From the NCBI GenBank assembly GCA_000697335.1, contig JNEM01012169.1:1-39919 (forward strand): a DNA stretch of 39,919 nt. The letters run 5' to 3'. This document shows positions 23,668-34,205 of this stretch, one piece after another (the first letter of the stretch is position 1; each line of letters opens with the position of its first letter). The position numbers and the translations under genes are program-made. The stretch is from Conidiobolus incongruus B7586. Taxonomy: Eukaryota. Below the pieces are notes generated by a model. It made no database searches, was not told the DNA's origin, and was given only the letters and a program-made list of their open reading frames with translations.

Positions 23668-24439
23668 AAAGAAATACCATATAATATTGACCAAGTGATT
23701 CAAGGGAAAGAAATGAAATGAATTAGGGCATTTAGAATTGATCAGTATTATTTCATGAATATTTGTTTATTCAAAAATTATTAACATTATCAAATAAACA
23801 TTGCATTTGGTCGAATTTTTGACTTTAATCCAATTAAATTGGTTAAGGCAGAATAACAATTGAATTTTAGTTGGTATTGGATATTCCAATAATTCACGTG
23901 ATTTAAAGTTAATATATGATAAATAGAAATGATTCATGTTTTTTTTTAATTCCATATTAATATATTTGATAATTCATTATGATGACACAATAAAAAAAAT
24001 ACTATTTGATAATATATTTTCCATATAAAATTTATGTAAATTTAAATATACTGAACATAAAAATTATGTGACTGGTAAATTTGAATTGGATCAAATTGAT
24101 CCAACAATTAGCTGGTAAACAAATAAATCAAAAATATTAATTTATCAGCTTGAATAATTCTAATTATTAATAACATGATTAATAATTAATAACATTTGAT
24201 ATTTATTTTTTTTGAATATAGTGTATATTTGAAAAGCGAGCTGTTATTTTCAAAAGTATTAGAGTTGATTAAGTTGCTTCTATTTTAAAAATCAACAAAT
24301 GAAAGCTTTTGAATTTGATTAATAAAATTTGATTTTAATTATACCTGAACCTAAAATTCTGCAATTGAAAATGATGCCATTTTAATGGACTAAAAAGGAT
24401 AATAAATTATCAAATTCAACCAATTAAATGAAACGATTG

Positions 24440-24534
24440 TGATTGGTCATAATTTCAAATTGAGAAATGAATGCTTTTTCAAATAAAGGATTTAGTGGAA
24501 AATGATTGGCTAATAATTGATGTGATGATTGGTT
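24440..24534. promoter_or_regulatory. Cluster of three CCAAT boxes (TGATTGGYY) upstream of the 24822 gene
   Basis: TGATTGGTC (24440), TGATTGGCT (24503) and TGATTGGTT (24526) each match the NF-Y/HAP consensus in reverse orientation. Confidence 0.5.
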
Positions 24535-24821
24535 CAATTTCGTGATCTACTCTTAAAAGGAAATTTATTTTATCCTTTGAGTCCAACTTGAGTAATTCAT
24601 AATTTCAAAGATTTCTTCTGAGTTTTTTAATCCCGCTCCCAACTTCAAATTTCTTCACAACATAATCCGTATTCTGGTTCAAATTAATTGTATAATATTA
24701 TTACAACATTTATTACCATTAATTTTATTCAATAGCCAAAATATATCATATCATTTAATATTAAATAAATATTATTAATTATATTTAAAAACAGTTGTTT
24801 TATTGATTTAGACTGTCAAGT

Positions 24822-26146
24822 ATGGAGGGTCAATTGGCGGAAATTCTCACCAAGTTGAGCTCTACATTAGATCAAATCAATAACTCTTCGACGAGTCAAA
24901 TGGAAGATTTAAAGACTAGCCTAGATAATTTGGCCCATAGGATTGACCAATTGAGCTACAGTGTTAATAAAATTGAAAAAACTATCACCAAAGTCGCGAA
25001 AACCATAAATTCTAAAGCAGAAAACGTCGTCAATGCAAGTCAATTGGCTGCATTAAATTCACAATATGAGAAATTATCACAACTACCAACGATTAAACCC
25101 ACACCTACACTTGCAAGTAATGGTCAGGCAGTTGCAGAAGACGGAACCGTTTACAATACTGGTCAAAGACCAATTCAGCCTGGACCTGCTCCTTACAAAC
25201 CGCCCCCTCCTCCTAAAAATACATTAAGAATTATTCAAAGTGTTCCTCACTTGGGTCAGGATGCAGCCAACAAGAAATATCCACTTCATAAACAAGCTAT
25301 GCTCCCTGTCTTTGTTAATGATTCCCATTTCCATACAACAGTCATCCCTGTCTCTGGAAATAATAAGGGAGAACCCCCTACCAAAACAATGCGAGTCAAT
25401 TCTCAGGGCGTATTCCAATCGGTGGCTTCAATGCAAAGCTCTTCACCTGATGGAAGGAGAAAAAATGGTACATCAGCCAATGGCGAAGACCCCTCAGATC
25501 CAACTGCTGATAATGACCCCAATCGAACTATTCCAAAACCTTATTATATGTCGAATGGTAAACGTCGAATCAAAAAGCTTGAATGGAAGGACATTCAAGA
25601 ACTCGCATTGAATCAAGGTAACCTGGCTCCAATTTCTGCTAAGGTCAGCTTAGATAAACTTCGATGCAAATCCCAAAATATCATTAATCTCTGTTATAAT
25701 CGATTGGCAACTCCAGAAAAGAAAATTCTCTACTGGAAGGCTGTCGATCCTGAAATCAGAAAGGAAATGAGTGATCAACTTGAGACCTTTGGCCAGGCTG
25801 TTGGTATACCCCTCAACAGATGTGAAGGTCGCTGGGCATCCTATTGGATTCTTTATCAAAACTGGAGAAATCACTCTGATTATCAGTTGAAATTGCTCAA
25901 GAACAACAAGTAAGTATACTGTATCTCACTTGATAATCATTTTTACTTATATATTTAAGGGTACCCAGAAATCAGGCTAACAACATGCAAAATGGAGAGT
26001 CAGCTGAACCTAGTTCCCAAGCCCCTGAAATGATTAAGGTAGGAGAAGCACAAGATAAAACACATGAGGAAGCGGGAGAGGAGACATCCTTTAATCAAGA
26101 CCTCAATGGAATTGAAACAGTTCAAACAGCTGAAGCCGCTAACTAA
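24822..26146 (+). CDS. Hypothetical protein: N-terminal coiled coil, low-complexity middle, helical Trp/Cys-containing domain; probable exons 24822-25909 and 25960-26146
   Basis: 363-codon ORF ending at AA|GTAAGT (perfect donor). Splicing to TAAG| at 25959 continues in frame (VPRNQANNMQNGES...AEAAN*) through coding-like sequence. Confidence 0.75.
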
Positions 26147-26639
26147 AAATATTTATATTATATTATTCTAAGGTACTATATACTGCCTAAATATGATTTT
26201 CTCTACTTGCTTATTATATATATATTTAGTATCATTCCATACTAGTTTAAATGGTATCATTTGAGATATCACACTTTGTCAATACTTGGACCATAATTTG
26301 GTATTTTTGATTTAATATCGAAATTATACTCTACATGTTCTATGAAGATATTATCTAATAAATTTATTGCTTTAATTATCCAATTTGTAAAAATAATACT
26401 ATCAATAAATTATTCAGATACTTTTTTGAATCTATATGATTTTTTAGAATGGTATAACCAATTGTTTTTCATTTTTAATCATATGATATCTTTAATTCAC
26501 AATCAATTACTAAATATTATCCTTAAATATTACTTTATATAATCATATTAGTCCTTGATTTTCAATTTAAGAAATATTTCAAATATATTATAAGAAGTAA
26601 AATTTTATTATATAAAAATAATTAATAAGAGTATATATT

Positions 26640-27380
26640 ATAAATAAAATAATTGTAAAATTTTAAAATCAAAATTAAATATAATTTTTAATATATTATC
26701 TATATAATAATAAATAATTTAAAATTAATCTCTTTTATTATACTTTTGATAAACTTTTAGCACTTAAAAAATAGTTTTTTTTATCAAAGGCAGAAATTTA
26801 ATGTTCACCAACTAAACATATTTAGTTATAAGAATTTTCTTTCTTGCAAGTATATTTTTTATATTGCTTAAAACTATTAATAATTACATTAGTTATAATT
26901 TAGTAAATATACTAGATATGGTAATTTTTTATAATGTTATCTTTGTATTTTATAATTAAAATGTAAAATAATATAAATTTTTATAATGATAATATTCATT
27001 AAAAAATATAACTTATTATTAATTTATTAACTTATAAAAATAAATAAGAATATTTATATTATTATAGTTTATTATAATAATTAACATTTGCTTATAAATG
27101 AAATATTTTTTATTAAAATTTATAAAGAAGATTATTTTAATTTAAATTAATATTTTGTTTTATTTTTAAATAAAAAAATTATATAACAGAATATAAAATT
27201 AAATAAATAAAATAGTTTAATTTGAAAATTTTTATTTTTATTTAATTATAATTACTTTATTTTTTTCAAATTATTTTTTAAATTATAAGGTATTTATTTT
27301 ATATTTTTATTAATCAAAACAAGCTTAAACTAAAATATATATAATATATATAATATATTTATATAATTAATATTAAATTA
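26640..27380 (+). repeat. AT-rich dispersed repeat, copy A (homologous to ~39095-39919)
   Basis: Colinear shared blocks: TTATACTTTTGATAA, GAAATTTAATGTT, ATAATTACAT-AGTTATAAT, TTTATTATAATAATTAA, TTTATTAAAATTTATAAA, TTGTTTTATTTTTAAATAAAA, AAATTATAAGGTAT and TATATAATTAATATTAAATTA. Boundaries are approximate. Confidence 0.8.
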
Positions 27381-28631
27381 CTTTAATAAATTTTGTATAA
27401 TATTAAAAAAGTGTTTTTTAATATAATTATTTTATTTATAAAAAAATAACAATAAATATTAATTTTGTAAATTATAGTAAATTTTAAATAAATACCCCAT
27501 TTGACTTTAAAATAATAAATTTAATAATAATATATCATTTTAAATAGAATATTATCTTTATAAATTGATTATAAATCATAAATAATTTCAAAAGGTTTAT
27601 AGTTAAGTTTTAATAATATTCAAATAAAAAACTTTTAATGATTATTATCTAATTTAAGCATAATCATATTCAATTTTAAAATTCTAAAAAATATTTAATA
27701 AAAGAATGGCTATGCATGAACTTATATATAGTGGGAAAATATAAATTCTCTTATATTTTATAATTTTTTTAAAACTAAAAATGTATCTGTTGGAAAATCA
27801 AAAATTAATAAATTTGCCATTTTTCTCTCACTGAACATATAGTATTAAATACATATTAGGGTTTATTCAAAATACTACATCTAATATTTTTTTTTCATAA
27901 TTATCTTAGTTACATTTTGAGAATTATTTTTCTAAATTGATTTATCTATTATAAGGATTATCTCTAGCACTTCATTTAATAGTAATTTACCCAATATATT
28001 ATAATTCCTTCAAAATAATTGTAGCAAAGCTAACCTTCATTTATAATTAGTCAATCTCAATCCAGACTATAACAGTATTAATAATACTTATCCAAAAAAT
28101 AAAAATTTATAAAATTACCAATTATTGGTATTGTGCATATATGCGTTTGCAATTCAAAGGAATCAATATAAAATATACAAAAAACAGTTTTTAAAATGGA
28201 TCAGTTGAAATTTCTTAAGACCAGTGTATTTTATATCATTTTCTTATTTGTTAATATTTTTAAATTATTATATACCTATAGACGTAAGCGGTTGTTAATA
28301 ATAATGAAAGGAATGAGCAAAATTTAAATGTTGCCATATACAAACGCGAAATACAATGCGAATCTTTGAGAAAAGAATTGGATTTTCGCGTGAATGAGTT
28401 ACAATTTGTCACTTAGGATCCTACTTACTTGATTTGGGTATGAATGAAATTAAGTGATTGATCACTAATTGAAAGTATTAAATTTCGACGTCATATCGCA
28501 TCATCCAATTCATTCAAGTTTGAAATTAAAGTCCCCTCGTAGTATCCACATCTGAGAAAAATTAACTCAAACATTATAAATTAATTTGAATCATGCAAAC
28601 ACATCCCACATCGTAATACTTTAATCCAAAA

Positions 28632-31359
28632 ATGTGTCAACAACATTTACCTAAGGACAACAGTACTTACAGCAATATTAAAGAAGTTGTAACCAATCAC
28701 ATTCACTGGGACATCAGTGTGAATTTTCAAGAGCATAAACTCAAAGGTTTCGTTAACTTGATACTCACTCCATTGACTAAGGACCTCAATGTGTTGTACT
28801 TGGACACTTCTTACCTCAATATTTTTAAATGTTCAACGAATAACGGTAGTCAAGAATTAAAGGTAAGTTTATCGCAATGATATGATATTCTATAGTGTTT
28901 GATTATTTTCTTTAGTTCCAATTACACCCCCAGGATGAAAATTTCGGCAGCAAATTAGAAATTGATTTAAGTAGGTTAGATATTGGTAACCATTTGGAAA
29001 TTAAGATAGAATATGAAACCACCCCAGAGAGTACTGCTTTGCAGTGGTTGGAACCTAGGTAAGTTTTTATGAAATGGTGACGAACTAGCTTAATATTAAT
29101 TGGTTATTGTAGTCAGACTTTGGGTAAGAAATTCCCTTATTTATTTTCCCAGTGTCAGGTATTTTACGTCCTTGGCTGATATTATAACAATATTTCTAAC
29201 CATATTATTTGCTTTTATTTTTAATTTTATTAACAATATAGGCCGTAAGTGAATACAACCATTTTATTAGATTTAATATTAATTGTAGTTTTAGATCCAC
29301 GCTCGTAGTATGCTCCCATGCCAAGACACTCCTCAAAATAAGATCACTTACAGTGCCAATATCCACGTTCCCGTCCAATTGACCGCTTTGATGAGTGCTA
29401 TTGGTACTGGTTCCGAGATCAGTGCCGATAGAGAGACTAAGACCTACAAGTTTGAGCAGAAGATTAGCATTCCAGTAAGCATCAACTCACTTTAATTCAT
29501 AGTCAGTAAATTAAGCTGCAATTAGTCCTACTTGATCGCTTTGGTCGTCGGTAACTTGGGCAGTAAAGCTATCAGCGATCAAATCGCTGTCTGGAGTGAA
29601 CCCGAGACGGTAAATAGATTTAATGCTGTTATTTTCAATGACTAATTGTAATTAGGTCGACTCTGCTGCTTGGGAATTCCAAGACACTACCAAGTTTTTG
29701 ACAATTGCCGAATCTTTGGTAAGTTTATAATAATTATTAATATAATTTTATATTGATAGATATTTGATTAGGTTGGTAAATATGTTTGGGGTCGCTATGA
29801 CTTATTGATGTAAGTAAATTATATGAATTGATATTAATTTATAATAATAATTGATTTTTTAGCTTACCACCCTCTTTCCCATATGGAGGTAAATCAATAA
29901 ACATCAAATTTTTATATTAATTATTAATATTGAATTCAACTAGGTATGGAAAATCCTTGTTTGAGTTTTGTAAGTTTAATATTTTTAGCTATTTCAATGT
30001 AGTTTTTAACTTGGGAATAGGTTACTCCTACTCTTTTGGCTGGTGACCGTTCTGCTGTTGATGTGGTTGCTCACGAATTGGCTCACAGGTAAATTTCATA
30101 ATTAAATAATGCTATTTTACGCAATTCTTATTGGTTTTTAGTTGGACTGGTAATTTGGTTACTAACCAAAACTGGGTAAGATTAATTATTTATTAATTTC
30201 AATTGTTTTTTTCTAATTTTTTATACCTCATAGACCCACTTCTGGTTGAACGAAGGTTGGACCATGTTTCTTGAACGCAAGATCATGGGTCGTATTCATG
30301 GTGAACTCACCAGACAATTCAGTGCCATTCTCGGTTACCGCTCCCTCCAACAAGCCATTGATGATTTTGGCAAAGATTCTCCTCTTACCGCTCTCTGTCC
30401 TGATCTTTCTGTAACCAATCCCGATGATGCCTTCTCCACCGTTCCCTATGAAAAGGGTTTCAGCATCTTGTACTACCTTGAACAATTGTTGGGAGGCCCC
30501 GAAGTTTACGAACCCTACATGAAGGAATATATTCAAACCTTCGCCCATAAGAGCATCACCACCCAACAATGGAAGGATCATCTTTACGAATACTTCAAGA
30601 GGGAACACGGTGATGAAAAAGTCAAGTTACTCGATAGCGTCGACTGGGACAGCTGGTTCTTCAAGCCTGGTATGCCCATCGTCAAGAACCACTACGACAA
30701 CACTCTTGGCGAAGTCTGTGACAAGTTATCTCAAAGGTAAATTTAATTATAATTAGATTTAATCTTGAGCACTGCCTAATTGAATGTAGATGGGATGCCG
30801 CCAGAAACAACGAAGATTTTAGTGAATTCAAATTAGAAGATTTTGAAAACCTCACTGTGGATCAAAAGGGTAATTTCTAACTCTTTTTTATATGGACAAT
30901 ATTAACATTTTTCCAGTTGTCTTCATGGAACGCTTGACTGAATTACCTGCATTCCCCCACAAGGCTATCGCCGCTCTCGAATCCATCTACAACCTAGGCA
31001 ATCTCAAGAACTGCGAAGTCAAATTGAGGTGGTACTCTCTCGTCCTTATCGCTAACTACGAGCCCTTGTACCAAGCCGTTGCCAAATTCCTCGTCCAGCA
31101 AGGAAGAATGAAGTATGTCAGACCCCTCTACAAGTAAGTTTCACATTATTTACCACTATTTCAAAAGCTCATCCAGTTTTAGGAAATTGAACAATGCGAT
31201 CAACGGCGAAAAATTGGCTAAAGACACGTTCCTCAGTCATAAAGATTTCTATCATCCCATTGCCGCCAAATTGATTGTAAGTCCACTAAAAACATACAAA
31301 TTTTTAAATTTTTTGAACTAACTTGAATGGTTTAGGAAAAAGATTTATTCGGTAAATAA
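28632..31359 (+). CDS. LTA4H: Leukotriene A4 hydrolase / M1 zinc aminopeptidase (~619 aa); 17 exons: 28632-28862, 28916-29058, 29113-29158, 29242-29244, 29295-29474, 29526-29609, 29656-29718, 29772-29809, 29863-29888, 29944-29969, 30021-30088, 30142-30175, 30234-30736, 30790-30869, 30917-31133, 31183-31276, 31336-31359
   Basis: Spliced translation gives ALQWL, FSQCQAIHARS, PCQDTP, PSYLIAL, LPPSFPYGGMENP, HELAHSWTGNLVTN, HFWLNEG, VPYEKG, GRMKYVRPLY and FYHPIA. Exon lengths sum to 1860 nt. Confidence 0.95.
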
Positions 31360-31863
31360 TTTATTTTAAAGATTCATTACATTTTTGAAATATTAATAAA
31401 AAACAGACGGTTTTAAATTGATATTAATAATATATATAAAATAAAGAATTACATATTTTTAAGTGCTGAACATTCATTATAATACATTTAATCATTTAAA
31501 TTCTTGGATAATTTCCATTAATATCAAATCACATAGCTCTTATTATTTGGAAAGATCACCATTTTAATAAGAAACGTGATAGATCGAATAATTAGAATAA
31601 CTGATCCAAAATCCAAACTCGACAAAATGAGATCATTGACTATTCGATGCGCAGGTAATTATTTCCAAATTAACTAGAATCGATTAAATGTTTTTAGTAC
31701 TGATTGTCATTTTCAATTATAAATTTATCTCTAACTTTTAAATACTTTGTCGGAGAATTCTTTATTAAATTTAAATATAAAGCTGTGATAGTTGTAGTTA
31801 GTGCTCTTTGATCCAATAAAAATTAGAAGGGAATTGATGACCTTTAAAATAAAATAAAATAAA

Positions 31864-33957
31864 ATGCAATCCAATCACACCACTATGCGACTAGATACCG
31901 CCAAAATGACGTGGCGGGATAAGTGGGAATCTACGAGACAGAGCCTGGATGCTTGCTTCAAACTAGTCGCGTCATGGCTTCTAATCATATGGACGAATAT
32001 TCCCACTTATTTAAGAAATATGTTTCCTATTACCCAATGGATCATGGATTACAATTGGAAATGGTTGTGGAGTGATGTATTTAGTGGAATTACTATGTGT
32101 CTCGTCCTCATTCCTCAGTCAATTGCATACGCGAAAATGATAGGACTTCCAGCGCAATATGGGTTGTACTCTGGTGCTCTGTCGCCAGTGCTGTACGGAC
32201 TGTTCGCAACTTGTAGGGAAGCGAGTGTTGGCCCCACAGCAATTCTAGCAGGAACTATGGCCAAGTCGATAGGAAGGATTGTCACTGCAAATCCTCATCT
32301 TGCGCCCGAATTGGTAGCGAATGCGATGGCAGTTTGTGTGGGAGCAATTATGCTTATTTTGGGGGTACTTCGAGCAGGAGACCTTGTGGACTTTATTCCC
32401 CAGAGTGTGACGATGGGTTTTATCAATGGCACTGCTTTGAGTATTGTTACAAGTCAGCTGCCTAAGCTGATGGGAGTTCCTGTGGATTCCATGTGGGATT
32501 CGACTCCAACACTCATCTACAGTATCTTCAGAAATTTACCGAAATTAAATTATATTGATATGCTATTTGGCATTGGGAGTCTGCTCATGTATATTGTGTT
32601 ATTCAAACTGAATGCCAAATTTAATCTCAAGTGCAAATACTTGTTAACATTAATAGTCATCTGCGTATTTTTATTGATTACTTTCTGCATATTTAAATTC
32701 CATCCAGATTTTAAATTGAGTATATTGAAGTATATGGATATTAATTTCAAGTTTACTTTCCCAATTGTTCAGCCTGAAATCTGGGCAGAGGTACGGTCTC
32801 TGATTATATCTATTTTCTTGGTATGCACCATGGAACACACTGCGGTTACTCGAAAGATGTCGACGAGATCAATGTACCTCGTCGACAATTCCCAAGAGTG
32901 GTTTGCTCTTGGGTGGGCCAACCTTGCATCTAGTTGTTTTGGTGGTTTTCCTGTGGCTGCTAGTTTACCTCGAAGTGTTGTACAGAGCGATTGCCGTGCG
33001 AAAACCCCAATCAGTAATGTGATCACTGGATGTCTTGTAATAGTTGTAATGTATGCACTCACTTCCGTATTCTACTATTTACCAATGCCCATTGTTGCGA
33101 GTGTAATCCTCATCGCAAGTTACAATCTGCTAGATCCCTTCAGTCGGTGGCGCAGACTATTTAAAATCAACAAGATGGACGGTTGTATAGCATTTATAAC
33201 AGCTGCACTTACATTTCTTTGGGGAATTGAGATTGGTATTTTTACAGGACTCGGACTCGCCATTGCACATCTACTTTTCGTTCTATCCCATCCCAAACTC
33301 CTGATCTTGCCACCAAACGACTCCCATGGAAGATCACAACCGTTAGATATTGGGATACCTGATCTGGATCGACTACAATATTGGATGTATGTCCAACCAC
33401 AGGAGAGCCTCCTTTTTACCAATGCTAGTCGTGTTTGTCTTGGGGTGCTAGATCAAGTACTTTATTGTTGCGAACCAGAGACCATTCCTGAAAGCTTAGA
33501 TGATCAAATTTGGTCCCCACGAGATGTATTCAAGCGAAGCAAGGAACTCAAAGTACATCAACTCGCATTGACACAGTCCAATCCCAGTACTTTCAATACT
33601 AGCTCACAGTTGAAAGGAATCATCTTTAATTTTTGTCATGTGAATCAACTAGATTATACATCGATACAGAGATTAATTGAATTACAAATATTAGTAAAAA
33701 ACTTCATTCAATTCAACAATCCTAAACCCATCCCGTTCTATTTTATTCACGTCAAATCGAATGTCTTGGATGCACTCATTGCTGGCGAGATGGTAAGCTG
33801 GGACAAAGTCGTATGGGAAGGAGGAGCTGGGGAAGGTAACTGGGGTCAAATAATTCGTACTGATTCGAATATTCCTAAAAAATCATTTCATTCCATTCAT
33901 AGGCACAATTCCATTCATTTCAATTGGGAGAATTTGGTTAATTATTTGATTGTTTAA
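31864..33957 (+). CDS. SulP/SLC26 anion (sulfate-type) permease with C-terminal STAS-like region (697 aa, intronless)
   Basis: DVFSGIT..LVLIPQSIAYA, GLPAQYGLYS, SVGPTA, GFING, SQLPKLMG and DNSQE motifs; many hydrophobic segments; STAS-like LLFTNA and IIFNFCHVNQLDYT. Confidence 0.9.
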   Translation: MQSNHTTMRLDTAKMTWRDKWESTRQSLDACFKLVASWLLIIWTNIPTYLRNMFPITQWIMDYNWKWLWSDVFSGITMCLVLIPQSIAYAKMIGLPAQYGLYSGALSPVLYGLFATCREASVGPTAILAGTMAKSIGRIVTANPHLAPELVANAMAVCVGAIMLILGVLRAGDLVDFIPQSVTMGFINGTALSIVTSQLPKLMGVPVDSMWDSTPTLIYSIFRNLPKLNYIDMLFGIGSLLMYIVLFKLNAKFNLKCKYLLTLIVICVFLLITFCIFKFHPDFKLSILKYMDINFKFTFPIVQPEIWAEVRSLIISIFLVCTMEHTAVTRKMSTRSMYLVDNSQEWFALGWANLASSCFGGFPVAASLPRSVVQSDCRAKTPISNVITGCLVIVVMYALTSVFYYLPMPIVASVILIASYNLLDPFSRWRRLFKINKMDGCIAFITAALTFLWGIEIGIFTGLGLAIAHLLFVLSHPKLLILPPNDSHGRSQPLDIGIPDLDRLQYWMYVQPQESLLFTNASRVCLGVLDQVLYCCEPETIPESLDDQIWSPRDVFKRSKELKVHQLALTQSNPSTFNTSSQLKGIIFNFCHVNQLDYTSIQRLIELQILVKNFIQFNNPKPIPFYFIHVKSNVLDALIAGEMVSWDKVVWEGGAGEGNWGQIIRTDSNIPKKSFHSIHRHNSIHFNWENLVNYLIV

Positions 33958-34205
33958 AATTCACTGATATCTAAATAAAAAAATAAGATCATTATTATGA
34001 TCAATAATACAATACAACTTGATATCCTTTACACTAACATTATTCATTATAAATATAATTTATTTTATTAAAATGAACTGAATATTTTATATAAAATTAT
34101 TTCTGGTCTTGTATAAATATTTGGGATTAATGATGCATTAATATTTAAAAATAAACATACATAAATTTCATAAAATAAAGCTAATGATTTATAAATGAAA
34201 AAAAT

